Shown here: positions 52,993 through 63,591 of the stretch, in pieces
How positions within the stretch are numbered: position 1 is the stretch's first letter
Layout of the letters: the number at the start of each line of letters is the position of its first letter
Assembly: GCA_013239625.1 (NCBI GenBank)
Contig: MU054323.1
Location: forward strand, 1-64,000
Direction: 5' to 3'
Origin: Lama guanicoe
Taxonomy: Eukaryota
Length of the DNA: 64,000 nucleotides
Made by a program: the position numbers and the translations under genes
Notes under the pieces: generated by a model
Told to the model about the DNA's origin: nothing
Seen by the model: the letters and a program-made list of their open reading frames with translations, nothing else
The model's database searches: none

Positions 52993-54109
52993 TGTGGTTT
53001 ATTACAGATGCCTTCAAACCTTTTGCTATTCCTTGCATCCAAAAGGTAGAACCTAATTTGAAAAGACACATGCACCCCAGTGTTCATAGCAGCACTATAT
53101 ACAATAGCCAAGACATGGAAGCCACCTAAATGTCCATTGACAGATGGCTGGATAAAGAAGCTGTGGTATATTTGTACAATGGAATACTACTCAGCCATAA
53201 AAAATAAAATAATGTCATTTGCAGCCACATGGACAGAACTGAAGATCATCATTCTAAGTGAAGGAAGCCAGAAAGAGAAAGAAAAATACCATATGATATT
53301 ACTCATGTGGAATCTAAAAAAAGAAAAAAGAAGACAGTAATGAACTTATCTACAAAACAGAAACAGACTCACAGACATAGTAAACAAACTTATGGTTACC
53401 AGGGGAAGAAGGAGGTGGGAATGGATAAATTAAGAGTTTGAGATTAGCAGATACTATTATATATAAAATAGATAAACAACAAGTTTCTACTGTATAGCAG
53501 AGGGAACTATATTCAATATCTTGTAGTAACCTGTAATGAAAAAGAATATGAAAATGAATATATGTATGTACATGTATGATTGAAACATTATGCTGTACAC
53601 CAGAAGCTGGCTCAACATTGTACACTGACTGTACGTCAATTAAAAAAAAAAAGATTAAAAAAAAGAGAGCCTATGTCCCCTCCTCATGAATCTAGGCTGT
53701 TCTGGTCATGTGACTTGTGTTGACCAATAGCATTTGGCAGAAGTGACACTCTGTGCTTTCCACGGCTGACTTAAGAGATATGCACTTTCTGCTTTCTATT
53801 TGGGGGCCAGTCCTCCTGGAGCCCAGCTACCATGTAGGAAGTCTGTCTTTCCTGGGACTAACCCTGCTGGGAGAAGGTCCAAGTTGGCCACAGGGAGAGA
53901 GCCACCACCCAGGAGACTGAGGTCTTCTCAGATCTGCCAGCCCAGCCCGCCAGCTGAATGCAGTTGAGTGAGAGACCCCAGGTAATGCCATGAGAAACAG
54001 AAGAACCAGCCAGGTAAGCTCTGCCCAGACGCCTGACTCAGAATCATGACCAATAAATTGGTTGTTGTACTCGTTTGGGGGTGTTATGCAGCAATAGACA
54101 ACTGAAACT
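52993..54109 (+). mobile_element. MaLR LTR (MLT1-type) split by the young L1
   Basis: ..CATCCAAAAGGTAGA [L1] GCCTATGTCCCCTCCTCATGAATCTAGG..GGCAGAAGTGACAC..TGTTATGCAGCAATAGACAACTGAAAC. Confidence 0.72.
53051..53664 (+). mobile_element. Relatively young 5'-truncated LINE-1 (ORF2 C-terminus, 3'UTR, poly-A)
   Basis: ORF 53080-53340 MFIAALYTIAKTWKPPKCP..WIKKLWYICTMEYYSAIK is the typical L1 ORF2p C-terminus; artiodactyl-type 3'UTR; poly-A. Confidence 0.93.
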
Positions 54110-54585
54110 AAAAGGGGAAGTCTATTCTCGGGAAAGCAAACAGCATAAGAAAATACACAGTAGTGAGAGGCAATCTGCTGTAGGCAAGGAACTGTACATA
54201 GTCTGAGGTGCTAGAAGGTAAAGAGATGCCAGGCATCAAGCTGGAAGGAAGCAGGAGGCTAGACATGGTGGGGGCGGTGGTCTGGTGTGTGTCGTCCCAA
54301 GGAGGGTGGAACCAGGAGTCTTACCAACCAAGAGCTGTATTAAAGTGGAGAGAGTCGCCTGATGGTAAGGTTGGCCACATCCTCTCACAGCTGAATTCAG
54401 GATCCAGAGCAAGTACTCTCAAGTCCTTTGGTCTCCTAACATGTGGATCTGAGGGTAAACTTCCTGTGTGGAATTTGAGGAGGGAGAAGTTGCAGTGACC
54501 TGTGTAGAATGATGAGTGGTTTGTATGATGCATTGTGAGGATGGACTTTGCCGGTGGGAGATTATGTAATGAAAATATTGCATTT

Positions 54586-54629
54586 ATGTATTTTTTGGAG
54601 GAGGCACTGGGGATTGAACCCAGGATCCT
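54586..54629 (-). mobile_element. 44-bp 5'-truncated Vic-type SINE with 17-bp TSD
   Basis: Minus strand AGGATCCTGGGTTCAATCCCCAGTGCCTCCTCCAAAAAATACAT between direct repeats ATGAAAATATTGCATTT (54569-54585, 54630-54646). Confidence 0.88.
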
Positions 54630-54972
54630 ATGAAAATATTGCATTTTCAAATCAACTTCTTTTACATTATAACAACTCTCTTTTGCTGCTTCCTTCTTGG
54701 TGGCTGGATCCTTAGAAACTGGGGACTTAGGGCCCAGAAGGTGCCAGAATAAGGCCAGAGGAGTGCAGTTGGATGTCAAAGAAAGGACAAAGTAAACGAC
54801 CTGATTTGACTTGCCTTCTGGAGGCTGGGTTCAGGGTCACTTCCACCATTGCATGTGGTACATTTCATCTTCATTTTGGGTGGTAAGGAAGTGTTCTATT
54901 CAAGAGCGGTTTTTGGTGGTGCCTTCATGACTCAAGCCAAATGTCTCCTTCACCTTGAAGCCACAATAGATT

Positions 54973-55420
54973 TGTCAACTGAAAAAAGAATTGCACAACC
55001 TGAAAGTTGAGAATTATGTTTTATTGGGCAGACTCTCTGAGGACTTAAGCCTGGAATACAGCCTCTCAGATAGCTCTGAGGGACTGCTCTGAAGAGGTAA
55101 GGGAGGAGGCAGGGATATACAGGAGTTTTTGAACAAAAACCAAGTAGTCAGAACCTCAAAAGATTACTGCTAATTAAAGAAAACCAGACATCTCAAGTTA
55201 ATAAATTTAGCACTTTTCTATGTATGGGAAGATGCAAGAGTCTGGTCTTATTGAAATCATTCCTTTGATCTGCAACCTAACTCTCTAGGGCCAGTATCCT
55301 TCTTCTCTCCATCCTGAATCCCCTCAGGGTGCACATTCAGGGGCAGCTGCAGTGGCTGCTGGCTTGCTGGCTGCTACATCCTTTGTTTACCGATAGGGCA
55401 GGCAATGTTTCTCATCCACA
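54973..55420 (-). mobile_element. ERV1-class solo LTR (MER41-like)
   Basis: TG..CA termini, 4-bp flanks GATT/GGTT (one mismatch), TTTATT near the left end, TCAGATAGCTCTGAGGGACTGCTC core. Confidence 0.72.
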
Positions 55421-56321
55421 GGTTTCTTATTGCTCTGTTCTAGAACATTTGAAGAAAAAAACTTTCTGCGTGATTCATGATACAAAATCTATGCTGATGA
55501 ATGTGCCATCTCCTTTCTCTTCTGTACCTGTTAGGAATGGGTTGGGCGGCAAGCGTGAGAGAACGGACAAAAAGAACACCAACAAAAAGAACAAGGAAAA
55601 AAAAAAAGAGGGAAAGAGAATGAAGAGTGGTTCAACTGTGTAAGGTACTCTCCAGCTGCAAGAGGTCCCGAGGCAGACAGAACTGGTCTGGTAACGTAGC
55701 TCACCACCATCATCACGGACCCAATCTCCTCCTATTTTCTGCTTCAAAAGCCTTAGTGTGAAGCTTTCTTCCCCGTGGTTCATTGCTGCTTTTCCAGGCA
55801 AAGCGTAAATGCCAGTCAGAGCTTTTTCCTTTTTAAAAAGGGACTTCCATTTACATCTGTCCAGGCAGAACCAGATCTCATGCTGCCTCTCTTGACAAGG
55901 GAGTCTGGAAAGGCCACTTTCCCCTCGACCTTTTCCCCAGGCTGTAGAATAGAGAAAGGCAAGGGGAAGGGGACTGTGTGTGGCTTCTGGGTCACCAGTC
56001 CACAGAGTCTTCACGGGGCCCATCCTCTCTACAGTATTAAGGGCCTGGGTATCCCAAGGGCCTATTTCTTAGACTCGCCTTCGCAATTGCAAAACTATTT
56101 GTTCTGCAACAACCTATATTACAGCTTACCTGAAAATACATAGCATTATTTCTCTGGGTGCCTGGATAATACAGCACAATTGCACCATATCATGATTGGC
56201 TATAGGTCCGAAAGATCCAATTACATAAAATATTGCAGCAGGGGTGGGGGGTGCAGCTGTAGGAAGAAGTCCCAGCTGGGAGTTCAGTCCAGTTCAATCT
56301 CTACCTGGCTCAGCTGCAGTT

Positions 56322-56340
56322 TGGCGCCACCTAGTGGTGG
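56322..56340 (-). promoter_or_regulatory. Candidate CTCF binding site
   Basis: Minus strand reads CCACCACTAGGTGGCGCCA, matching the CTCF core CCACYAGRKGGCRS. Confidence 0.75.
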
Positions 56341-56485
56341 TTATCTTCCTGCCTAATGATTTACACAGGTGGGTTTCTGGCACCAGGCAAGGATTCCAGG
56401 ACTGTTAGTAGGTGCCCATTTAATCAGCCTGTTTTGAGGACAGTGGACCAGCAGGATACTGGACTGGCGATACCCATCATTCATC

Positions 56486-57217
56486 TCTTGGTTTGGTGAA
56501 GGGGTTGCCTGCCACTTCTTTGCCTAGCCTTGTCCTACCTGCCAAGGAGGGGAGCCAATAACGTTATGTCCCAATTCACATTACTGATGGCATTATTACT
56601 ATATGTGATATATATATATATATCACATATAGTAATTATACGCATGTATATATAATGTGTGTATATGTATATATGTGTACATGTGTGTATATATATATAT
56701 ACATATATGTGTGTGTATATATACACACACACACATATATACATATATATAAAAATAAAATGAGCTCTGGGGGCTATTTCTTCCCCTGACCTAGATGGGG
56801 TCTCTAGCATCTTCCAGAATTCTTCTGGTCACTCCCAGATAATGAAAATCTGCCCCGTTATTTTCATCACAATTTTAGTCTGATTTCTGTAATGAAACTA
56901 TTGGGTCCAGTGTTATGATCAAAATTCACAACTTTAACCAAAATTACAGCTTCCTCCCTCCCCAGTTTGGCAGTGTGGTAAAGGGTGTGATCAATCTCTT
57001 TTCTGCACCCCCCCCCCATGAGCTATCTTGGTTTGGTGAAGGGGTTGCCTGCCACTTCTTTGCCTAGCCTTGTCCTACCTGCCAAGGAGGGGAGCCAATA
57101 ACGTTATGTCCCAATTCACATTACTGATGGCATTATTACTATATGTGATATATATATATATATCACATATAGTAATTATACGCATGTATATATAATGTGT
57201 GTATATGTATATATGTG

Positions 57218-57252
<35 letters not shown>

Positions 57253-57567
57253 GTGTGTGTATATATACACACACACACATATATACATATATATAAAAAT
57301 AAAATGAGCTCTGGGGGCTATTTCTTCCCCTGACCTAGATGGGGTCTCTAGCATCTTCCAGAATTCTTCTGGTCACTCCCAGATAATGAAAATCTGCCCC
57401 GTTATTTTCATCACAATTTTAGTCTGATTTCTGTAATGAAACTATTGGGTCCAGTGTTATGATCAAAATTCACAACTTTAACCAAAATTACAGCTTCCTC
57501 CCTCCCCAGTTTGGCAGTGTGGTAAAGGGTGTGATCAATCTCTTTTCTGCACCCCCCCCCATGAGCT
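56486..57567. repeat. Tandem duplication of about 540 bp (56486-57024 and 57026-57567)
   Basis: Copies appear identical except for a (TA)n length (+4 nt in copy 2) and a poly-C run (10 vs 9). Confidence 0.97.
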
Positions 57568-58679
57568 GCTGTTTATGACCCTTGGGGAGGGGTAAAATCT
57601 AGTCGGGGAGAGATCCACCTTTATCTGGTGCCCGTGTGATCTGACTCCAGTGCTCTCTGGATCAATCATGCCCAAGGTCGATTTTTTCGCTCAAGGGTAC
57701 TTTTTGTTTGGTATCTTGGAGATTCTTCTGCTGGTATGTATCCTCCAAGTGCAACTCACATTAGGCAGGTGATATCTGTCCTCTGGTTAAAAGGTATGAA
57801 TAAAACAGGGTCCTTTGGGGGTCTCTCTGTGTATCACTTAGCTTCTCCAGGCAGCTCCCTGGGACATATTCTCTTTGAAGAGAGCTTCAAGTCCACTCTC
57901 CACAAGCCGAGTTATCCCTGGGGGAAAAACTCACACATGTTTCTGGACAGTTGTTAGGAACGTGGTCTGCTTCCACAGCTGCCTTCTCTCCCCTCTGGCT
58001 CTATTCCTGCCCGGCTGCTTTGGGGTCTTCTGGCCACAGCATCTCAAAGCCTGCCTTCTCCTTCTCAAACTCCTAAGATCAAAAGTTGTCTGACTAGTCC
58101 CCTGGAAAATGCCTTGTCCCTTGAGAGAGGAAGAAAATGGGGTACGTGGCATCTATTCAGAACTGCTACACTGCATAACTCTCAATGGTATCATTTATTT
58201 AAATTTATACAAATTATAATGAGAACATGGACTAATGTGAATGAGGCCCCCTGGAGGTGATTGTCCTTGACTTTTGGAACTTCAGGTGAATCCTGTCACA
58301 TGTAATGGTAATGACAGAGCTAACACATGCTATACACTGTTGTATGTGCTTTACCTATTTTATTCAATCCTCATAACAATCCTATGAAATAGGTACTGTT
58401 ATTCCTGGTTATTTCACAAATGAGTAAACTGAAGCCCAGACTTGTTTAAGGTTATGCAACCAGCAAGTGTCTAGAATTCAAACCCAGGGAGCATGGCTCC
58501 GGAAGTTATAGTTTCACCTCTATCTAAAACATCTTGCCTGAGGGTTTCGCTTTTCTCCACGTAACGTCTGCTTCCTTATATGTGCAAGAGTGGTCCAGAT
58601 GACACATAGCATGCTCTAGGTAAATGGTAACTCTGGGCACAGCTAATGACGACGGCTCCTGGCTTCTTAGGCAAAGTGC

Positions 58680-59340
58680 ATTTGAACTGAGTCCGCGCTG
58701 TGGGGCCCGGAACCATTCTCTCCGGGCTGGGTTCCTGCCCGGACTTGGAGAGCGGCAAGCCGCGGGGAGGGGGACCGGAAGCGCGCGCCGCTCCCGCGCA
58801 GCTTGTCGGAGCTGAGGGAGGGAGGAAGGGAGCGAGAGAAGTCGCGGAGGACGGGGCGAAGATGGCGGCCTTCTCCGGTGCGTCTGCGGAGCTGGGGCTG
58901 GGGCGGGGGGCCCGATCCACGCCTCGGCCCTGCGCCGGCTGGCGGGGAGTCGCGGGGGCGGGGGCGGACAGGTGCATCGCGGTCCAGGAGGGAGCTGTCC
59001 GCGGCGGACCCCTCGATCCCTGCACTGGTGGGGGACCAGTGGAGGCGCGAGAGGCCCGGACGTTGCGCCTGGATGCTGCAGGGAGTGCCTTTCCCTCCAG
59101 GTGCTGGCCGGGCCCGGCCTCTCCGTGCTCGTTCTCTTCTCTGTCGCCTTCCAGTCTCCACTCGCGTGTCTTGCCAGGGGGCCCACGGCTCTCGGATGCG
59201 GCGGCGCTGCTGCAGCTGCTCCCGGAGCCCAGGCCTCCTGCCCCTTGACGTGGCAGTGGTGCTCGGGCACCTTGTACTGCCCGCGCCTGATAGAGGGTTG
59301 TCCAGGCCAGGAAGCAGCGGGGCGCGGGGAGGGTCAGTTG
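58680..59340 (+). promoter_or_regulatory. DDX1 CpG-island promoter / exon 1 region
   Basis: GC/CpG-rich; ETS-type CCGGAAG at 58775-58781; GAAGATGGCGGC (YY1/TISU-type) over the ATG; GC boxes in intron 1; boundaries approximate. Confidence 0.9.
58862..58877 (+). CDS. DDX1: DDX1 coding exon 1 (DEAD-box helicase 1)
   Basis: ATG GCG GCC TTC TCC G/gtgcgt = MAAFS(E); CpG island; joins in frame to exon 2. Confidence 0.95.
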
Positions 59341-61476
59341 AAAATGACCATCCTGCGTCTGATTTTCTCAGGCGCTTCCAAAACTACAGGTCCAAACCTG
59401 GTATTTGTTTAAGCGGTATTTTAAAAACGTTAACAAATATTGAAGCTAAAGGGAAGGCGTCTGTGTCCGCGAGCACACGAGCCCATCACAAATTCTGAAA
59501 ATTTTTACTAATTGCTGATGATACCCACCTGTATTCCAAACAGAAATTTGAAGCGGCTTATATAACGAAATAGTTGTTTCCTCTTCTTTTTACATCCACA
59601 GTTTTATGGAGCTGCAATAAGCCTTATATTTTAAAAGTGGTAAATTTATATAGCAATATATATGTCAAGTTAGGCGTACTATTTCTTAATATTCTTAACC
59701 TATTCAGATGACTTCAGGTGTAACACAGTATTGTACTTTCATTTTTCCCCTGTAAGAACACAAGGAATTCCACATTTTTAGTCACGAGACAGGATTTTGG
59801 ATCGTTTTAGTTACATTTCATAAAAGGCCGGGGGAAATCTGCTCGGACAGGTAGCTGTTTTTCTTCTCCCAGCTCTTTCCTCAAATGAGAGCCAAGGTGT
59901 GTAGACCAGTTCCAGGTTGTCATTTTATTGGTTCACTTCTCTGGGAGTCTTGCACAAATTACAGGAATGTTGAAAGGACTAGAAGGGGTCTGATGTAAAT
60001 TAAAGACAGAAGTGGAATTAAAGAGTGTGACTATTCCTGTTTTTCCCTAAAGTGTTAAAAATGTTATATTTAAAGAAACTATAGTTTCAAAGCAGACCTG
60101 CAGAGAACATGACTAGAATGGAGCAAAAAGTTGTCTGGAATTTGCTGAAAGCCGTCTGTGGTTGCTTCTTGCAGTAGAACAGTTTCATGAGCAACTTCAG
60201 CTTGCAGTATTATGTATACAGCATATATAAGACTGTCACTCCCTTTTTTCAAGCAGTTTGCATTTTAGGAGAAGGATACACCTAGATTCTATTGGGGGCA
60301 ATTCTTATACAACTTTAGATCTTGATTAGTTTTTCAATCTGTGGATTTTCCTAAGGAAATTTAGAGGTACGGGAGCCTTCCTTTTTGAAAAAAGTTTTTA
60401 TACTTTCCCATGCCATCAATGTTGATATTAACTGGTTTATTGTATAAAATTTTAGCGTTGTATATATTATTCATTGCTGGTATGATTCTTCTCACCTGAT
60501 GCAAAGAAAAAGCTATTTTTTGCAATGGGTATATTCAGTTTGTAGACTTATTTTATGCCTTTTCACAAATGATTACAAGAAATAGAAAATTTCCAAATTA
60601 GTTATCTTTGGGGCTTGGATGTATTTGAGTGTGGCTCATTTTTTAAATAGAAATATATACTTTTGTAAAGGTATAAATAAAAATTACATTTTTATAAATG
60701 CATATTTAAAATAAAGATCACTTCTTACTTGGAAAGGAGGTTTAAGGAATACAGCTGACTATTCCATGTGGACCCTCTACGGTTCATTTGAGAAATGATA
60801 AAAATTAACCCAATCTGTTCATTTAGGATTCACTTTGTTGTAAATCATTTAAATATGTGAATAATTAAGAAAAGAGTAGTTCTCCAGTTGACATTTCTAA
60901 TTACTCAAGTTTTCACCACCAGCCCCTCTCTTTTCAGTTAACCAGAGTTCTGATTATGATTGCCTATAAATGTGGGCTCTCTCTGCCTGCTTGGTCATTT
61001 TCCTCAGATTGCTGAGGGTATTCACATGGTCCTCAAAAAGCCAAGGCACAGGACTTCCACATTATCTCTAGATGAAACAACCAAGGTGCTGGTCTAGAAC
61101 CTTCTCTCCGACTCTGGCAGGTTTTTCACTAGTCATAGGAGGGAAACACTGGTGGATACTATGTATTAAGTGACAACCATGTGCAGGGTGCTTTACATAG
61201 GATTATCTTTACTCGTCCTGTATTCTTACCATGTAAGTAGCATTAGCTCCATTTTGTGCAGAGAAGTAGGTTTATAGCTTGCCTGAGGTCACGTTGCTAC
61301 TAAGAGCCTGGATTTGAATTCAAATCTTTCTCCAAAATTTATACTGTCAGCAGTGCCATACACAGGAGATACCATATAACTGAGCTATACTTCAAACCTG
61401 TTTACCTGTTGAACAATAAGAGCAATATGATTTAAATTTAGTATGTGTTGATTTTTAAACTAATTTTTACTTTCAG

Positions 61477-61528
61477 AGATGGGTGTTATGCCTGAGATTG
61501 CACAAGCCGTGGAGGAGATGGATTGGCT
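61477..61528 (+). CDS. DDX1: DDX1 coding exon 2
   Basis: tttcag/AG..CT/gtaagt; 52 nt; MGVMPEIAQAVEEMDW(L). Confidence 0.97.
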
Positions 61529-61826
61529 GTAAGTACAACCATCTTTTAAAGCTTGAATGTCCCTGTAACAACGTTTTATAATTTCAACAGTAGTTAGTGA
61601 TTTTATCAGATATTTTTGGGCCTAGTTGGGTGAGTGAAATTCAGTTTTTTCTTACGATTCTCTGAATTAGAGTTTCTTTTTTAAACGCCAGTATATTTTT
61701 AGCTGAAAAAGATCGATATATTTACCAAATAAATTTCTCTTTTAGGTTTATAGTTTAACATGACTTAATTAGCTTAGGTAATTTTTTTTTAAATAACTAC
61801 AATTCTTCAAAATGTGATTCTTTCAG

Positions 61827-61890
61827 TCTCCCAACTGATATCCAGGCTGAATCTATCCCCTTGATCCTAGGAGGAGGTGATGTGCTGATG
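61827..61890 (+). CDS. DDX1: DDX1 coding exon 3 (Q motif)
   Basis: tttcag/T..ATG/gtacgt; 64 nt; LPTDIQAESIPLILGGGDVLM. Confidence 0.97.
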
Positions 61891-62860
61891 GTACGTTTAA
61901 ATGTGGTGAGGTGGTTGGAAGCTGGGAAAACACAGTTCTGGGGCTGTTGTAACCCACTTTAAGAGCTCCATCGGCTTAAAAATTTTCACCAAATGGGTTT
62001 TATTTATTCACAAACGTTTAAGAAACATATGCTACATACAGAGTAATTAGGTAGAAGTTGTGGGAACACGAAGGTGAGTAAGGTGCGGTCTCCGCCCTGC
62101 AGAAGCTAAACCCAGTAGTGCAGTAGACATGTACACAGATAAATGTCATATGGGCAGAAGGTGGCACCTGCCTGAGAAATGCCGAGTATGACAAGATTCC
62201 AATGAGGGGTCCACTTACCTTTCTGCTTGAGGAATCGTGAGGGGCTCTGCTTGGAGGAAGTAGATTTTGGACAAGGGAAGATAAAGGAAAAATGCTCTGT
62301 AAGTAGACAGCACGTCAATAAAAACAGTGAGTAGGAGAGTGCAGGATATGGTCCCAGAGCAGTTCAGTTAGACGGCAGCATAAAACGTGTGTCTGGAGTG
62401 GGGGTGTAACTTGGAATAAGATGGGAGGTATACAGTAGGTAAGATTATTTGAGCCCTTTCTCAAGTGTCAACGGTAAAGAATTTGGGTATTTGTTGGGAG
62501 CAGGGAATCATCAGAAATGTTTAAGGATGTGATACATGGTTAGAATTGTGTTTAATGAAGGCTGATTTGGTAACAGCGTGTAGTGTGGCTCTGAGAGATG
62601 AGTCACTGTTAGGGTACTTTTGTCATAATCTAGGTTAGAATGGTGAGGGGTTAGCTTGGAATTGTAGCAATGGGCAAAGAAAAGGGAGAACAGATTCTTG
62701 AGGGAGTGAAAGAGAAGTGGCAGGATTGGCAGTAGTTGACTGGGGACATCTGAATAATTGGAGGCATTGTGAAAATAAAGCGAGCTAGTGAACTGTTAAA
62801 GATTTCTACATGGTATGTTAATTTGACTTTAACTGACAAAAACTTTGTTTTTTCATTTAG

Positions 62861-62890
62861 GCTGCAGAAACAGGAAGCGGAAAAACTGGT
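62861..62890 (+). CDS. DDX1: DDX1 coding exon 4 (motif I / Walker A)
   Basis: atttag/GCT..GGT/gtaagt; 30 nt; AAETGSGKTG. Confidence 0.97.
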
Positions 62891-63494
62891 GTAAGTAATA
62901 AACTTAAATTGACTTACTTTGCAAGAGTTGATGTTTACTTGTTTGAACAGTGATACTTCAAAATAGTTAATAAAATAACTTCCTTCCAAAATGTAAGAAA
63001 TTGATTGCTTGCCACGGTGAGTGATTTTTTTTGCCAGCTAATTCTGAAATGAGATCTACCAGGGGATGGCTTTAAAAATATGGTTTTAAATTGGTCTTAG
63101 AGAAGGTTACTCTTGGAGGAAGGGTCTTTTAGTATTTATACTCACTTCTGAATTTTGACGTGGTGGCTCGAGTAATAAAGCAGTTGCCAACAGAGGTTGA
63201 TCGCCCGATCTCCTGACGTAGAGAAACAGTTTGTCAGACTGAATGTTTATCCCTTTCAGCTTGGGTTCATTCTGTCGGTCCCTATTGTTACTGTTTTGCG
63301 CTGTCAGCTGGCTCTTACTCCCTTATTCAGTCAACTCGTGTTATCTTACTGGTATTTTGGGTTTGGGCAAGTTGGAGCAGCAGTCAGAAATATGTATGAT
63401 TATGGTGCATGCATAATTTCTGTAATTTATATTGATTATTAAGCTGTCGTTAATATCTGAATACTAACGTGGAGACCTATTGATTCTTTGCTAG

Positions 63495-63591
63495 GCTTTC
63501 AGTATTCCAGTTATCCAGATAGTTTACGAAACTCTGAAGGACCAGCAGGAAGGCAAAAAAGGAAAAACAACAATTAAAACTGGTGCTTCGG
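63495..63591 (+). CDS. DDX1: DDX1 coding exon 5 (gene continues beyond the window end)
   Basis: tgctag/GCT..G/gtaatt; 97 nt; [32 protein letters not shown](V). Confidence 0.97.

Noticed and set aside
53080..53340. 86-aa ORF with protein-like composition
   Set aside because: C-terminal fragment of LINE-1 ORF2p in a 5'-truncated insertion; not a host gene.
58524..59498. Several long overlapping ORFs (146-248 aa) on both strands
   Set aside because: They coincide with the DDX1 CpG island, where stop codons are rare; low-complexity Pro/Arg/Gly/Ala translations with no recognisable domain.
13214..63591. Possible minor (U12-type) or non-canonical introns
   Set aside because: All donors are GT without the RTATCCTT signature, and all visible acceptors are AG.
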